Part shown: piece by piece, positions 40,784 through 53,064 of the stretch
How the letters are laid out: every line of letters starts with the position of its first letter
Position numbering within the stretch: position 1 is the first letter of the stretch
From: an uncultured Alphaproteobacteria bacterium
Lineage (GTDB): Bacteria > Pseudomonadota > Alphaproteobacteria > Rhizobiales > Beijerinckiaceae
Assembly: GCA_963761435.1 (NCBI GenBank)
Contig: CAVXHJ010000010.1
Span: forward strand, 929,951-993,950
Direction: 5' to 3'
Length of the DNA stretch: 64,000 nt
Translations under genes and position numbers: made by a program
Notes under the pieces: generated by a model
The model's input: the letters and a program-made list of their open reading frames with translations, nothing else
Told to the model about the DNA's origin: nothing
Database searches by the model: none

Positions 40784-42374
40784 TCAGAACAGCGACCCCT
40801 GCCCGTCCGAGCCTTTGTCCGGTTTCGCCCTTCGGCGAGTGAGGAGCGGAGGCGGCGTCAAGGGAGGTCCGACCCGCCCTCCGGCGATGGCGTCCACCTT
40901 GCCATCGGCGAATTCGATCTCGAGCCGCTGGGTCCTGCTGATCTCCGCCGCGCGCCGCACCGGCCGCTGCATTTCGTCGCGAACGAGGGCGAACCCGCGC
41001 GACAACACGCCGCGATAGCTCATCGCGCCGAAGAGCTGCCAAGCGGAAAAAAGCTGGGCGCGGCGATTTTGCAGCCGTTCCTCATAGGCGCGCTCCATGC
41101 GGACCGCGAGTCTCGCCAACGCTTCCGCCCGCTCGCCGCGCCGCCTCGCGAGCAGCGCCGTCTCGCGCGCGAACGCGCGGCCGGCCGCGCTTGCGGCCCG
41201 CCGTGTCCGCTCGATCAGCGTCGGCCCGAGCCGGGCCATGCGGCCGGTCAGTCCTCTCACGCGCTCGCGCTGGCCAGCGAGCAGGGCGCGCGGCGAGTGA
41301 CGGGCGAGGCGCCGCTCCAGTCCCGCGGCCCGCAGCGAGCGCTGGCTGAGGCCCGAGCGGACCCGTGCGGCCAGCGTATCCGCCGCGCGGTCGAGGCGCT
41401 GGCGCGGCTGCGCGATAATCGCCTCGCCCCCCGGCAGCGCTCGCGACGTCGCCCTCAGATCAGCGCGCAAACGTTGGGCGAAGCGCAGGATCGCGCCTCG
41501 GCCGCGGGCGTCGAGGTCGGCGATCGCCGCGAGAAGCTCCGCGCGAACCGGCACGGCGAATTCGGCCGCCGCGGTCGGCGTCGGCGCGCGCATGTCGGCC
41601 GCGTGATCGATCAGCGTCCAGTCGGTCTCGTGGCCGACGGCGGCGATGAGCGGAATCGCGCTGCGCGCGACCGCGCGCACCACGGCCTCGTCGTTGAAGC
41701 TCATGAGGTCCTCGAGCGAGCCGCCGCCCCGGGCCACGATCAAAACGTCAGGCCGCGCCGCGACGCCGCCCGCTGAGAGCGCGTTGAAGCCGTCGATCGC
41801 CGCCACGATCTCGCCCGCCGAGGTTTCGCCCTGCACCCTCACCGGCCAGACGACGACCCGAACCGGAAACCGGCCGGCGAGCCGGTGCAGGATGTCGCGA
41901 ATGACGGCGCCGGTCGGCGACGTCACGACGCCGACGACTTCTTGGCAGGAACGGGACTTTCCGCTTGCGCGCGGCGTCGAAGAGCCCCTCTTCGGCGAGT
42001 TTCTTGCGCCGCGCCTCGAGCAACGCCATCAGCGCCCCGACGCCGGCAAGCTCCAGCGCCTCGATCACGATCTGGTAGCTCGATTTGCCGGGAAAGGTGG
42101 TGAGCCTGCCGGTCGCGACCACCTCGAGCCCCTCTTCGGGCTTGAGCTTGAGCCGCTGAAAGGCGGTGCGCCAGATGACGGCGTCCAGGCGCGCGTTGGC
42201 GTCCTTGAGGCTGAAATACGCATGTCCCGAGGAGTGCGGCCCGCGATAGCCGGAGATCTCGCCCCTGACGCGCACGTAGCCGAACCGGTCCTCGATGGCG
42301 CGCTTGAGCGCTCCCGCAAGTTCGCTGACGGTTATTTCGGGCGCATTGCTCGCGCGGGCGTCCGGCTCGGGCAT
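40784..42374 (-). CDS. xseA: Exodeoxyribonuclease VII large subunit (frameshift near 41940)
   Basis: [66 protein letters not shown]. Confidence 0.93.
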
Positions 42375-42593
42375 CGCCCCATTATGCCTCATCCTTGCGC
42401 CCGAAACCATGAGCGGAGAGCCGCCGCGACGGCGGTTGGAAAGGCTATGGCGCCGCCGGTTGAAACGACGTATGAAGCGCGCCGGCTCATGTGCGCGCCT
42501 TGTTCGCGCCGCGATGTCGGGTTCTAACGCGCCGGTCGGCGTTGCGCCGGCCCGGGACTCGGGGAAGAGCGAGGCACGGAGGCGGCTGACGAG

Positions 42594-43844
42594 ATGAAGG
42601 CGGCGATGACACGCATGGGAAGCGCGCTCGGAGGCGCCGGAATTCTGCGGTCGGCTGGCGTCCTGGCCGCGCTCGCCGCCTCGATCGTGGTTTTCGCCAG
42701 CGGCGAGGCGCTGGCGCAGAGCGCGGAGTGCGCCCGTCTGCAGCAGGCGATCGCCTCGCGCCACAATTCGAGCGGGGCGCAGGCGGCGGCCGAGCGTCAG
42801 CGCGCCGAACTCAGCCACACCAGCGCCTACGCCCGGTCGCTCGGCTGCGAGAACCGCAAGTTCCTGATCTTTGGTTCCGATCCGCCGGCGCAATGCGGCC
42901 AGTTGAACGGGCAAATCGCCCGGATGCAGGCCAATCTCGCCGATCTGGAGTCGCGCTCCGGCGGCGGCGGCGATCTCGTCGCCCGCTATAACGCCGAATG
43001 CCTCAACGCGCCGCCGAGGCCGACCAATTTCCTCGAGGCTTTGTTCGGCGGCGTAGCCAGGCTCGCGCCTCAGCCGCAGCAGCCGATGGAGGCGAGGGTC
43101 GATCCGCTCGAAGACGGATCGCAAAATCAGCAAAACCGGCCAACCGGGGAAAAGTCGCAAGTCGAGGCGCATGCCGGCTCCTACGCGGTTTGCGTGCGCA
43201 CCTGTGACGGCAGCTTCTTTCCCGTTTCCTATTCGGGCGCCGGCAGTCGCGCCGACAGCCTGGAGGAAGTCTGCCGGGCCTTGTGTCCGAACGCCGACAT
43301 GGCGCTCTACTCCTACCCGTTTGGCGGGACGATCGAGGAGGCCGTTTCCGCGTCCGGCGACCCTTATGCGAATTTGCCCAACGCGGGGAAATTTGAGCAG
43401 ACCAACGACCCGACCTGCTCCTGCCGGCGCAAGGGAGAGAGCTGGGCGGAAGCGCTCGCCGACGCCGAGGCGAGATACGGCCACGAGAAGCACGACATCA
43501 TCGTGACGCCGGAGAAATCAGCGGAAATGGCGCGCCCGATCATCGACCCGAAGGCGAAGCCTGCGGTGGACCCGAAGGCCAAGCCCGGTCTCCCCGCCAC
43601 GCCGGGTCTCGACGCCGGTGCGGCGCCGGCGGCCGACGCGGCGAGCGCGCCGGTCCTCGACGCCAATGGCGCCGACACCAAGCTCAGCGCGGAGGCCGCC
43701 AGTGTCAGCCGCGAGGCGTCCGGCATCGCCGGCGACGACGTCCAGAGCGCGAAGAGCTTCACCGTGAAACAGGGACGAACGGCGGAAGTCACCGGCCCCG
43801 ATGGCGTCAAACGGACGGTGCGGATAGTCGGGCCAACGCTCTAG
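42594..43844 (+). CDS. DUF2865-domain secreted protein
   Basis: Signal peptide, coiled coil, [25 protein letters not shown]; ends RTVRIVGP. Confidence 0.85.
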   Translation: MKAAMTRMGSALGGAGILRSAGVLAALAASIVVFASGEALAQSAECARLQQAIASRHNSSGAQAAAERQRAELSHTSAYARSLGCENRKFLIFGSDPPAQCGQLNGQIARMQANLADLESRSGGGGDLVARYNAECLNAPPRPTNFLEALFGGVARLAPQPQQPMEARVDPLEDGSQNQQNRPTGEKSQVEAHAGSYAVCVRTCDGSFFPVSYSGAGSRADSLEEVCRALCPNADMALYSYPFGGTIEEAVSASGDPYANLPNAGKFEQTNDPTCSCRRKGESWAEALADAEARYGHEKHDIIVTPEKSAEMARPIIDPKAKPAVDPKAKPGLPATPGLDAGAAPAADAASAPVLDANGADTKLSAEAASVSREASGIAGDDVQSAKSFTVKQGRTAEVTGPDGVKRTVRIVGPTL

Positions 43845-45156
43845 CGCGGCCGATCAAAGGCAGGAGCGTCGCGAGCTCCGGCCCCGCCTCGCGTCCGGTC
43901 AACGCCAGGCGCAAGGGATGAAACAGCGCCCGCCCCTTTCGGCCGGTAAGCTCCTTCAGCCGGCTCGTCCACGCGCCCCAGGTCGACTGGTCCCAGGGCT
44001 CGGCGGGCGCGGATGAGGCGGCGAGCCTGAGGAAGTCGGCGTCCTCGACGATCGGGGCGACCTCGCCCTCGGCGACTTCCCGCCAGATCGCCGCGTCGGC
44101 GAGACGCGAGAGATTGCCGCGAACCGCGAGCCACAGCGTCTCGGCCCTCGGCCCGGCGACGCCCAGCGCGGCGAGACGGTCCGCGACCGCCGGATAGGGC
44201 ATATGACGCAGCATGCGCGCCGAAAGCGCATCGAGCTCGGCTTCATCGAAGCGCGCGGCGCCGTGAGAGAGATGCGAGAGATCGACGAGGCCGGCGAGCT
44301 CGTCGAGCGATTCGACCGGGCGCACCGCTTCGGCCGAGCCGACCATCACCGCGAGCGCGGCGACCGCCAGCGACTCGATTCCCTTGTCGCGGAGCGAACC
44401 AATCGACAGCGCGCCCGCGCGCTTGGACAGCCCCCCGCCTCCGGCGTCGGTCAAGAGGTTGTGATGGCCGAAGCGGGGCGCGGCCCCGGCGAGCGCCTCG
44501 AAAATCTGAATCTGCACCGCCGTGTTGGTCACGTGATCCTCGCCCCGGATCACATGGGTGACGCCGAAGTCGATGTCGTCGACCACCGAGGGCAGCGTAT
44601 AGAGGTAGGTTCCGTCCTCACGGCGCAGGACCGGATCGGACAGCGACGCGCAGTCGATGTGGCTCTCGCCCCGCACGACGTCGTCCCACCGCACAACCGC
44701 CGGTTCGAGCCGGAAGCGCCAATGCGGCTTGCGGCCCGAGGCTTCGAGCGCCGCGCGCTCGGCCTCCGACAGGCGCAGGGCGGCGCGGTCGTAGATCGGC
44801 GGCCGGCCGAGCGCCTGCTGGCGCTTGCGGCGCCGGTCGAGCTCCTCTGCCGTCTCATAGGCGGGGTAGAGCCGGCCGAGAGCTTTGAGCCTCGCGGCTG
44901 CTTCCTCATAGGCCGCCATACGCTCCGATTGGCGACGCACAAGGTCCGGCCTTATTCCGAGCCACTCGAGATCGTCCTCGATGGCGTCGGCGTATTCCGC
45001 CTTTGAACGCTCGAGATCCGTATCATCGAAACGGAGGATGAACGTTCCTCCGCGGCGCTTGGCGAAGAGCCAGTTGAGGAGCGCGGTGCGGGCGTTGCCG
45101 ATGTGGATCCGCCCGGTCGGCGAGGGCGCGAAACGGACGACCGGGGGGGAGGTCAT
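43807..45156 (-). CDS. gltX: Glutamate--tRNA ligase
   Basis: [37 protein letters not shown]...GPEL. Confidence 0.95.
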   Translation of the reverse strand: MTSPPVVRFAPSPTGRIHIGNARTALLNWLFAKRRGGTFILRFDDTDLERSKAEYADAIEDDLEWLGIRPDLVRRQSERMAAYEEAAARLKALGRLYPAYETAEELDRRRKRQQALGRPPIYDRAALRLSEAERAALEASGRKPHWRFRLEPAVVRWDDVVRGESHIDCASLSDPVLRREDGTYLYTLPSVVDDIDFGVTHVIRGEDHVTNTAVQIQIFEALAGAAPRFGHHNLLTDAGGGGLSKRAGALSIGSLRDKGIESLAVAALAVMVGSAEAVRPVESLDELAGLVDLSHLSHGAARFDEAELDALSARMLRHMPYPAVADRLAALGVAGPRAETLWLAVRGNLSRLADAAIWREVAEGEVAPIVEDADFLRLAASSAPAEPWDQSTWGAWTSRLKELTGRKGRALFHPLRLALTGREAGPELATLLPLIGRARALARLSAPSV

Positions 45157-45232
45157 TCGGCCTTCATAGAAGCGTCGCGACGGCGCGGCAATATGGTGTG
45201 ACATGGCCAACGGATTCGGGTAATCTCCACCC

Positions 45233-46390
45233 ATGACCATCAGCGCCCTGGCGGCGGGGATTTGCGTTACCAGCGCCGGGATTCATGGGCTGAGCGTCGC
45301 GCTGGCCGCTCCCCGGTGCCGGAAGCGGCCCGGGCGGACGCCGCCGCCGAAGGACGCCCAGGGGGTCACGATCGTGCAGCCCCTGTGCGGCGTGGAGGCG
45401 TTCTCGCGCGACACGCTGAGATCGATCTTCGCGCTCGATTATCCAATCTACGAGATCGTCTTCTGCCTCGCCAGCGCCGACGATCCGGTCGCCCCCCTGG
45501 TGCGCGGCGCGATCGACGCAAACCCGCATCGTCCGGCGCGTCTGCTCATCGGCGACGACCGGATCAGCGCCAATCCCAAGCTCAACAATGTCGTCAAGGG
45601 ATGGAAGGCGGCGCGCTACGATTGGGTGATCATCGCCGATTCCAACGTCTTGATGCCGAGCGATTATATCCAGCGCCTGCTCGCTCGCTGGCGCCCCGAC
45701 ACAGGAATCGTGTGCGCCCCGCCCATCGGCGCGCGGCCTGAGACTTTCGCCGCCGAGGTCGAGTGCGCCTTCCTCAACACCTATGAGGCCCGCTGGCAAT
45801 ATGCTGGCGAATGCTCCGGGTACGGTTTTGCCCAAGGCAAGACGATGCTCTGGCGCCGCGAAATCATGGAGGCCGGGGGCGGGATCGAAGCCCTGGGCGC
45901 CGAAATCGCCGAGGACGCGGCCGCGACCAAGCTCATCAACGCGCAGGGCTTCAACGCCCACCTCGTGGATCAGCCGTTCCAGCAGCCGCTCGGCCAGCGG
46001 CGCCTCAAGGACGTCTGGTCGCGGCAGGTCCGCTGGGCGCGGCTCCGGCGCGCGACGTTTCCGTTATTCTTCCTGCCCGAGATTTTGACGACGAGCCTGT
46101 TCACGCTCGCGGCGGCCGGATTCGCGGCGCCGCAATTCGGGGTGAGCGTCGTCATCGCCGTCGTGGCGGTAGCGGTTTTCTGGTACGGCGCCGAGGCGAT
46201 GCTCGCCCTCATCGCCGGCTGGCCGCTGACGTGGCGAATGCCCCTTGCGTGGATCATGCGCGACCTCATGCTGCCGCTGGTCTTCGCCAAGGCCTGGACA
46301 GGCCGCGCCATCGTCTGGCGCGGCAATGCGATGAGCGTCGACGAAACCATGTTCAGCGAAGCCGAGTCCGAGCCGCGACCGCAGATTTGA
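45233..46390 (+). CDS. Ceramide glucosyltransferase-like GT21 / HpnI-like glycosyltransferase
   Basis: [28 protein letters not shown]. Confidence 0.88.
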   Translation: MTISALAAGICVTSAGIHGLSVALAAPRCRKRPGRTPPPKDAQGVTIVQPLCGVEAFSRDTLRSIFALDYPIYEIVFCLASADDPVAPLVRGAIDANPHRPARLLIGDDRISANPKLNNVVKGWKAARYDWVIIADSNVLMPSDYIQRLLARWRPDTGIVCAPPIGARPETFAAEVECAFLNTYEARWQYAGECSGYGFAQGKTMLWRREIMEAGGGIEALGAEIAEDAAATKLINAQGFNAHLVDQPFQQPLGQRRLKDVWSRQVRWARLRRATFPLFFLPEILTTSLFTLAAAGFAAPQFGVSVVIAVVAVAVFWYGAEAMLALIAGWPLTWRMPLAWIMRDLMLPLVFAKAWTGRAIVWRGNAMSVDETMFSEAESEPRPQI

Positions 46391-46547
46391 GCTGCCGCGA
46401 GACGCTCGCGGGCGGTTCCGGGGCCTGTCAGCCAAAATTCTGCTCAACTCACGCCCTATAAGCTTTGACATGTAGCGAGGCCGAGCCGCGCGCGAGCGCG
46501 TCGAGGGTCCAGCGCTTGAACATACTGCGCCGGGAGGAGGCAAAGAT

Positions 46548-46802
46548 ATGCGTTCCCACAGCGATGACGTGCGCGCGGGCGTTTTGAACGCGCTCTATTG
46601 GGACTTGCGGGTCCCTCGGCATGAGTTGAGCGTCGATGTCGAGAACGGATGGGTCACCGTTTCCGGAACGGTCGCCCTGCCCTATCAGCGGACATGCGCC
46701 GAGTCCGACGCCCGAAGCGTCGCCGGAGTTGTCGGCGTCACCAACCGGATCCGGCTTATGGACAGCCTGCCAGCAGGCCAGATCGCCGACAGCCGGCACT
46801 GA
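46548..46802 (+). CDS. BON-domain protein
   Basis: ALYWD..VDVENGWVTVSGTV..GVVGVTNRI; GGAGG RBS. Confidence 0.85.
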   Translation: MRSHSDDVRAGVLNALYWDLRVPRHELSVDVENGWVTVSGTVALPYQRTCAESDARSVAGVVGVTNRIRLMDSLPAGQIADSRH

Positions 46803-46839
46803 ACGAGGCCCGAGCCCGGCGAGCGGCGCGCCGCCAGGC

Positions 46840-47631
46840 TCACACCGACTTCAGCATCCCGCCGTCGACGTAGTAGGTCGAACCGACCGAATAGCTCGCC
46901 CGTTCGGAGCACAGGAAGACGAAGAAGTTGGCCAGTTCCTGCGGCGTGGCGAAGCGTTTGATCGGCGCGTATTCGCGCGCGACGCTGTCGAGGTAGCCCT
47001 GCCAATCGCCGCCTTTGTCGGCGGTGAGCTGCTTTGCCGTCTTGATCCAGTCGGGCGTCAGAATGAGGCCCGGGTTGACGCAGTCAACACGGATATTGTC
47101 GCCGATGAGTTCGGTCGAGAGCGTCTTCGAGAACATCATCAGCGCCGCCTTGGTCACATTGTAGATCGGCTCGTACCACAAGGGCTGGGCGGCGCAGATC
47201 GACGCATTGTGCAGAATGACCCCGCCGCCGCGCTTCTTCATCATCGGCGCGAGGCCGCGCGCGAGCCTGACCGCGGCCATCACATGCAAGTCCCAATAGG
47301 CTTGCCATTTGTCGTCCGGCGCCTCCATCACCGTCTCGTTGCTGCCGGAGCCGGCGTTGTTGATGAGGATGTCGGCGCCGCCGAAAAGCCGCTCGACGTC
47401 GGCGACGAGGTCGTCCGTCCCCTCACGGGTGGCGACGTCGCACGCGACCCCCTCGGCGCGGACGCCGAAAGCCTTGGCGATGCGGCCGGCTTCCGTGCGG
47501 ACACGCTCCACGCCGCGCGCCGCGATCACGACATCGACGCCCTCCGCCGCCAACCCCTCGGCGATCGCAAGCCCGATGCCGACGCTGCCGCCAGTGACGA
47601 CGGCGACCTTGCCCTTGAGCCCAAGGTCCAT
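46840..47631 (-). CDS. SDR-family oxidoreductase
   Basis: TGGSVGIG, NNAG, YNVTK, NPG. Confidence 0.92.
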   Translation of the reverse strand: MDLGLKGKVAVVTGGSVGIGLAIAEGLAAEGVDVVIAARGVERVRTEAGRIAKAFGVRAEGVACDVATREGTDDLVADVERLFGGADILINNAGSGSNETVMEAPDDKWQAYWDLHVMAAVRLARGLAPMMKKRGGGVILHNASICAAQPLWYEPIYNVTKAALMMFSKTLSTELIGDNIRVDCVNPGLILTPDWIKTAKQLTADKGGDWQGYLDSVAREYAPIKRFATPQELANFFVFLCSERASYSVGSTYYVDGGMLKSV

Positions 47632-47666
47632 TTATGCGCCCCTCCCGCTTCTGAAATTCGGCCCAC

Positions 47667-48440
47667 TCACCAGCAGGTATAGCCGCCGTCCGCCACGACG
47701 ATCGACCCGGTCATCAGGCTCGATGCGTCGGAGGCGAGGAACAGCACCACCGAGGCGATCTCGTCCGGCTCGCCCATGCGCCCCATCGGCGTCATCTCCA
47801 TCCAGGTCTCGTACATCGCCCGGTTCGTCTTGGCGTAGGCGGTGAGAGGCGTGTTGACATAGGTCGGCGCAACGGAATTGACCCGAACCCCGCGGGCGCC
47901 CCATTCGGCCGCAAGCGACCTGGTCAGATGATGCACCGCAGCCTTCGATACGTTGTAATAGGATTGCGCGTGCGGTTTGTTGACAATGAAGCCGGACATC
48001 GAGCCGATTGTCACGATCGAACCGCGCCCGGCGGCGAGCATCGGGCGACCGAAGGCGCGGCAGCACCAGAAGACGCCGTTGAGATTGACGTCGAGCACAT
48101 TCAGCCAGCGCTCGTTCTCCACGTCCTCGGCCGCGACTTCCGAGCGTGCGATGCCCGCGTTGCAGACGAGCGCGTCCACCCTGCCCTTCTCGGCGAGCAC
48201 CTGCGCGACGCAGGAGTCGACCTCGGCCGGCTTGGTCACGTCCATGCGGATCGCGTCGGCGGAAAGACCCTTGGCCTTGATTGCATCGCGCGCTTTTTCC
48301 GCGGCGGTCAGGTCGAGATCGGCCACGTAGACATGCGCGCCCGCTTCCGCGAGCGCCTCAACGCAAGCAAAGCCGATGCCCTGCGCGCCGCCAGTGACGA
48401 CCGCCACCCGACCCTTGAGTTTGAACCGCTCGAGATACAT
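47667..48440 (-). CDS. SDR polyol dehydrogenase (galactitol dehydrogenase-like)
   Basis: TGGAQGIG, NAGI, SMSG.IVNKP..Q..YNVSK. Confidence 0.9.
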   Translation of the reverse strand: MYLERFKLKGRVAVVTGGAQGIGFACVEALAEAGAHVYVADLDLTAAEKARDAIKAKGLSADAIRMDVTKPAEVDSCVAQVLAEKGRVDALVCNAGIARSEVAAEDVENERWLNVLDVNLNGVFWCCRAFGRPMLAAGRGSIVTIGSMSGFIVNKPHAQSYYNVSKAAVHHLTRSLAAEWGARGVRVNSVAPTYVNTPLTAYAKTNRAMYETWMEMTPMGRMGEPDEIASVVLFLASDASSLMTGSIVVADGGYTCW

Positions 48441-48548
48441 GGAACTCCCTATTCCCTCATGCAATGGAGCACGGCCGAACCCGGCGCGTGTCGAAGCGCG
48501 CTCCAGAACGCGCGACTGGCGCCCAATCCAAGAACCACATCCGCCAAT

Positions 48549-50027
48549 TCAGGACTTGGCGCCGAGATAGTCGGCGAGCGTCGCGCGCACGCCCTTCGTC
48601 CACAGCGATGTGAGCGCGTCGGAGAAGGCGGCGACATAGGCCGGGTTCTTGGCGAGATCGCCGAAGATGTCGCCCATCGCCAGCCAAGCTTTCGGATCGC
48701 CGCGGGCGGCCTTCGCCGCCGCTTGCAGGCGGCCCCAGTTCGGATCGTTGGGCGGGATCGGCTTGCCGCTCTCCGACTCGCCGTAGCAGTAGCGGCACCA
48801 GAGCGCCGAGCAAAGCGCAAGGCCCTTCGCGCTCGCGCCCGCCTTCAGCCGGTCGCGCGCGGTCGGGAGAATGAATTTCGGCTGGCGGTTCGAGCCATCG
48901 AGGCAGAGGCGCGTGATTGTGTCGCCGATCTTCGGGTTGGCGAAACGTTCCCCCACCTTCTTGCGATAGGATTCGAGTGTGACGCCTGGCGGGGGCGGGA
49001 CGGTGGGAATGATCTCGCGCCTGGTCAGCGTTTCGAGGAACTCGGCGATCTGCCTGTCCTCCATCGCCTCGTGGACGAAATGAACGTCGAGAAGGCCGGC
49101 GGGATAGGCGATCGCCGCGTGCCCGCCGTTGAGAATCCTGATCTTCATGAACTCGTAGGGCGCGACATCGCCGGTGAAGGTGACGCCGACCCTGTCGAGC
49201 GCAGGGCGGCCGGACGTGAACTTGTCCTCCACCACCCATTGCTTGAACTCCTCGCAGAAGACCGGCCAATTGTCCTCGACGGCCCATTGGTCCTTGAGGA
49301 TCGCGCGCTCCCGGTCGGTGGTCGCCGGCGTGATGCGATCAACCATGCCGTTGGGAAACGCGACGTTTCCACGAATCCACGTGGCCAGAGCAGGATCTGA
49401 CAGCTCGGCCAGTCCGACGACGGCGTTTTCCGTGACGTGGCCATTGCCGGGAAGATTGTCGCAGGACATCACCGTGTAAGGCGCGACGCCCGCCGCGCGT
49501 CGCTTTCTGAGCCCGGCGACGATGAGGCCGAAGGCCGTCCTTGGCGCGTCAGGGCTCTTGCCGTCGGCGACGATGTCGGGATGGCCGGGATCGAAATGCT
49601 GCGTGGCCGGAGACACGTAATAACCGCCTTCCGTGACGGTCAGCGAAACGATGCGGATCCTGGGATCGGTCAGCATGGCGAGGTTGGCGGCGACATCGAA
49701 CGGCTTGACGAAATCGATCATCGCCCCCGTCACATGCGCGGCGCTCGACCCGGCTTCCTGCTCGACGACAGTGGTGAACCAGTCCTGCGCCTTGAGCTTC
49801 TCGCGCATCGCGATGTCCGGTTCGCGGACGCCCGCGCCGACGATCGCCCAGTCGTGGTCGGTTCCGGAATTGAACAGATCGTCGAGATAGACGGCCTGGT
49901 GGGCGCGATGAAAGTTGCCGACGCCGATGTGGAAGATGCCGGGCTTGAGGTCGGAGCGCTTGTATTTCGGAACGCCGACCGTCTTCGGCAGGCTCGATAG
50001 GGTCGTCGAAGACAGTTTCACGCTCAT
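48549..50027 (-). CDS. mtlK: Mannitol/D-arabitol 2-dehydrogenase
   Basis: HIGVGNFHRAHQA, SLTVTEGGY, SCDN, NGMVDRITP, KIRILNGGH. Confidence 0.93.
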   Translation of the reverse strand: MSVKLSSTTLSSLPKTVGVPKYKRSDLKPGIFHIGVGNFHRAHQAVYLDDLFNSGTDHDWAIVGAGVREPDIAMREKLKAQDWFTTVVEQEAGSSAAHVTGAMIDFVKPFDVAANLAMLTDPRIRIVSLTVTEGGYYVSPATQHFDPGHPDIVADGKSPDAPRTAFGLIVAGLRKRRAAGVAPYTVMSCDNLPGNGHVTENAVVGLAELSDPALATWIRGNVAFPNGMVDRITPATTDRERAILKDQWAVEDNWPVFCEEFKQWVVEDKFTSGRPALDRVGVTFTGDVAPYEFMKIRILNGGHAAIAYPAGLLDVHFVHEAMEDRQIAEFLETLTRREIIPTVPPPPGVTLESYRKKVGERFANPKIGDTITRLCLDGSNRQPKFILPTARDRLKAGASAKGLALCSALWCRYCYGESESGKPIPPNDPNWGRLQAAAKAARGDPKAWLAMGDIFGDLAKNPAYVAAFSDALTSLWTKGVRATLADYLGAKS

Positions 50028-50092
50028 CTCGTCACCCTCGTCGCGACGCCCGCCCGCAACCAGCCCGGGAATTCTTGGGCCGAGCGCCGCCC

Positions 50093-51094
50093 TCAGGCGA
50101 TGCGCCGCCCGTCCTTGTCGAAACGATGCAGATGCGCTTCGCGCGGGGTGACGAAGATGCTCTGGCCCGGCTTCAGCGGAGCTTCGCCTTCCAGACGCAG
50201 GGTGAGGGGTCCGATGCCTTCGCCTTCCGCGTAAACAAAGGTATCGGAGCCGAGGTGCTCGGTGAGGCGCACCTTCGCCGGCCATTCGCCCGCAGTGGTG
50301 GATATATCCGCGTGCTCGGGACGGATGCCGATGGTCTCGGCCCCCCGCTTGGCCGCCGGCGCGCCCTTGATCAGGTTCATGGTCGGCGAGCCGATGAAGC
50401 CGGCGACGAAAAGGCCATTGGGCTTGTTGTAGAGCTCGAGCGGCGAGCCGACCTGCGCGACCGAGCCGCGGTCGAGCACGACGATCTTGTCGGCCATGGT
50501 CATCGCCTCGACCTGATCGTGGGTCACATAGATCATCGTCGTCTTGAGCGCTTCGTGAAGCTCGCCGATCTCGATACGCATCTGAACACGCAGCGCGGCG
50601 TCGAGATTGGAGAGCGGCTCGTCGAACAGGAACGCCTTCGGCTCGCGCACGATCGCGCGTCCGATGGCGACGCGCTGGCGCTGCCCGCCGGAAAGCTGGC
50701 GTGGCTTGCGATCGAGATAATCGGTCAGGTTCAGGGTCGACGCCGCCTTCTTGACCTTCTGCTCGATGACGTCGGCGCTCTGACCCGCCATCTTGAGGGC
50801 GAAAGCGATGTTGCCGCGCACGCTCATGTGCGGATAGAGCGCATAGGACTGGAAGACCATCGCGAGGCCGCGCTGCGCGGGGCCGACATTGGTCATATCC
50901 TTGGCGTCGATCAGCACCTGTCCCGAGGAGACGTCCTCGAGACCCGCGATGAGCCGCAGAAGCGTCGACTTTCCACAGCCCGACGGCCCAACGAACACCG
51001 CGAACTCGCCGTTCTCGATATTGAGATCGACGCCGTTGATCACGCTGACCGGGCCGAACTCCTTGCGCACGGACTTCAGTTGGATGCTGCCCAT
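50093..51094 (-). CDS. smoK: Polyol ABC transporter ATPase
   Basis: [28 protein letters not shown] tail. Confidence 0.92.
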   Translation of the reverse strand: MGSIQLKSVRKEFGPVSVINGVDLNIENGEFAVFVGPSGCGKSTLLRLIAGLEDVSSGQVLIDAKDMTNVGPAQRGLAMVFQSYALYPHMSVRGNIAFALKMAGQSADVIEQKVKKAASTLNLTDYLDRKPRQLSGGQRQRVAIGRAIVREPKAFLFDEPLSNLDAALRVQMRIEIGELHEALKTTMIYVTHDQVEAMTMADKIVVLDRGSVAQVGSPLELYNKPNGLFVAGFIGSPTMNLIKGAPAAKRGAETIGIRPEHADISTTAGEWPAKVRLTEHLGSDTFVYAEGEGIGPLTLRLEGEAPLKPGQSIFVTPREAHLHRFDKDGRRIA

Positions 51095-51118
51095 GGGTGC
51101 TTTTCCCTCAATTCCGAA

Positions 51119-51949
51119 TCACTTCACCGCGCCGAACGTCAGGCCACGGACCAGTTGTTTCTGCGAGAACCAGCCAAGAATGAGAATGGGCGCGATGGCA
51201 AGCGTCGAGGCCGCCGAAAGCTTGGCCCAGAAGTACCCTTCCGGCGCGGAGTATGAGGCGATGAAAGCCGTCAGAGGGGCCGCGTTCGAGGTCGCCAGAT
51301 TGAGGGTCCAGAAGGCTTCGTTCCACGACAGGATGATCGCCAGCAACATCGTCGACGCGATGCCCGGGACCGCCATCGGCGTAAGCACGTAGACGATCTC
51401 GTTCATGAGCGACGCGCCGTCCATCCGCGCCGCCTCGAGGATGTCGTTCGGGATTTCCTTGAAGTAGGTGTAGAGCATCCAGATCAGGAGCGGCAGGTTG
51501 ATGAGCATGAGTACGAGGCCAATCCCCAACAGGCTGTCAAGCAGACCCAGGCTCTTGAACACGAGGTAGATCGGCACGAGCACGCCGACGGCGGGCATCA
51601 TCTTGGTGGAGAGCATCCACATCAGGAGGTCCTTGGTGCGCTTCCCGGGCGCGAAAGCCATCGACCACGCGGCCGGAACAGCGAAGATAAGGCCGACGAT
51701 GTTCGCGCCGATCGAGAGCACGATCGAATTGAAGGCAAAATGCAGATAGTTCGAACGCTGTTGCACTTCGACATAATTCTCGAGCGTCCAGTTGAAGAAC
51801 AGGAACTTCGGCGGCATGGCGATGGCGTCGAGTTCGCTCTTGAAACTGGTCAGAATCGTCCACAGGATCGGGAAGAAGATGATGAACGCTACGATCCAGG
51901 CGAGGATCGATACCCTGATGCGCTGGCCGGTAGTCTGTCGCAACGCCAT
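51119..51949 (-). CDS. smoG: Polyol ABC permease
   Basis: EAARMDGA loop; WMLSTKMMPAVG; QLVRGLTFGAVK. Confidence 0.92.
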   Translation of the reverse strand: MALRQTTGQRIRVSILAWIVAFIIFFPILWTILTSFKSELDAIAMPPKFLFFNWTLENYVEVQQRSNYLHFAFNSIVLSIGANIVGLIFAVPAAWSMAFAPGKRTKDLLMWMLSTKMMPAVGVLVPIYLVFKSLGLLDSLLGIGLVLMLINLPLLIWMLYTYFKEIPNDILEAARMDGASLMNEIVYVLTPMAVPGIASTMLLAIILSWNEAFWTLNLATSNAAPLTAFIASYSAPEGYFWAKLSAASTLAIAPILILGWFSQKQLVRGLTFGAVK

Positions 51950-51952
51950 CGT

Positions 51953-52826
51953 TCAGCCCTCCAGGTTCCTGCCGATGATGCGCATCAGGAAGAACGCGAC
52001 AATGTTTGCGAGGATGACGGCGACGATGCCGCCCGCGGACGCGCTGCCGACGTCGAAGTTGAGCAGCGCCTGTTTATAGACGAGGAACGGGATGTTGGTC
52101 GTCGCCACCCCCGGCCCGCCGGAGGTTGTGACGTAAATCTCCGCGAACACGCTGAGCAGGAAGATCGTCTCGATCAGGATGACGACCGTGATCGCGCGCG
52201 AGATATGCGGCAGAACGATGTAGAAGAAGTAGGAGAACGGACCGGCGCCGTCGAGCGCGGAGGCTTCCTTCTGCTCCTCGTCAAGCGATTGCAGCGCAGT
52301 CAAGAGGATGAGGCTCGCAAACGGCAGCCATTCCCAGGACACGACGATGACCACCGACAGCATCGGCCAGTTGGTGAACCAGACGATCGGCTGGAAGCCC
52401 AGCGACTTCGCGATCCAGGCGAAGAAGCCCGAAGTCGGGGTTCATCAACAGGTTCTTCCACACCAGGGCGCTGACCGTCGGCATGACGAAGAACGGCGCG
52501 ATCACCATGAGACGCAGGACGTTCAGCCCGTACACCGGCTGATCCATCAGAAGTGCAACGAGGATGCCGCCGCAGACGCTGATGACGAGCACCGAGACGA
52601 CGAGAACCAGCGTGTTGACGAGAGCGGCGATGAAATCCGGGTCGGTGAGGAACGCTGTGTAGTTCTGCAGGCCGACGAAGCCGACATTGTCCGGATCGAG
52701 TAAGCTGTAGCGCAGCGTCGAGAAATAGAGCGTCATCACCAGCGGCACGATCATCCAAATGAAGAGGATGATCACCGATGGGGAGACGAGAGCTCGACCC
52801 GCTGTCGCCGTTTGCTGCGTCGCCAT
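51953..52826 (-). CDS. smoF: Polyol ABC permease (frameshift near 52438)
   Basis: WMIVPL.MT, APFFVMPTVSALVWKN, WLPFA, EASALDGA; one extra base in a 4-nt C run. Confidence 0.9.
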
Positions 52827-52961
52827 CCTTGCCGCCTCCCTCCCCGGTTTCCCGCGCCGACCGCCCTAAGGGTTCGCCGACGCAGGCTTTTGTCGCGGAT
52901 CGTCTCCCGGCTCTACCGGGCCGCTGCGAGACATAATGCGAGTTCTTCGCTCGGTTCTCTA

Positions 52962-53010
52962 CCTCCCCCTATCCCCTTTCCGCGAACGGAAAGGGGGCGG
53001 GACGGGGAGG
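52962..53010 (-). other. Intercistronic stem-loop after smoE
   Basis: CCCCTTTCCG-CGAA-CGGAAAGGGG (UUCG loop on the mRNA strand) inside CCTCCCC..GGGGAGG. Confidence 0.6.
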
Positions 53011-53064
53011 AACGTCCCTAAGGCCGCCCCGCGCGAAACTCTCGCGAGGCGAATTCCTGCGGGC

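Noticed and set aside
39755-41945. Programmed frameshifting in the Mur ligase, xseA and others
   Set aside because: No slippery heptamers, and similar one-base shifts are scattered across unrelated genes, favouring sequencing error.
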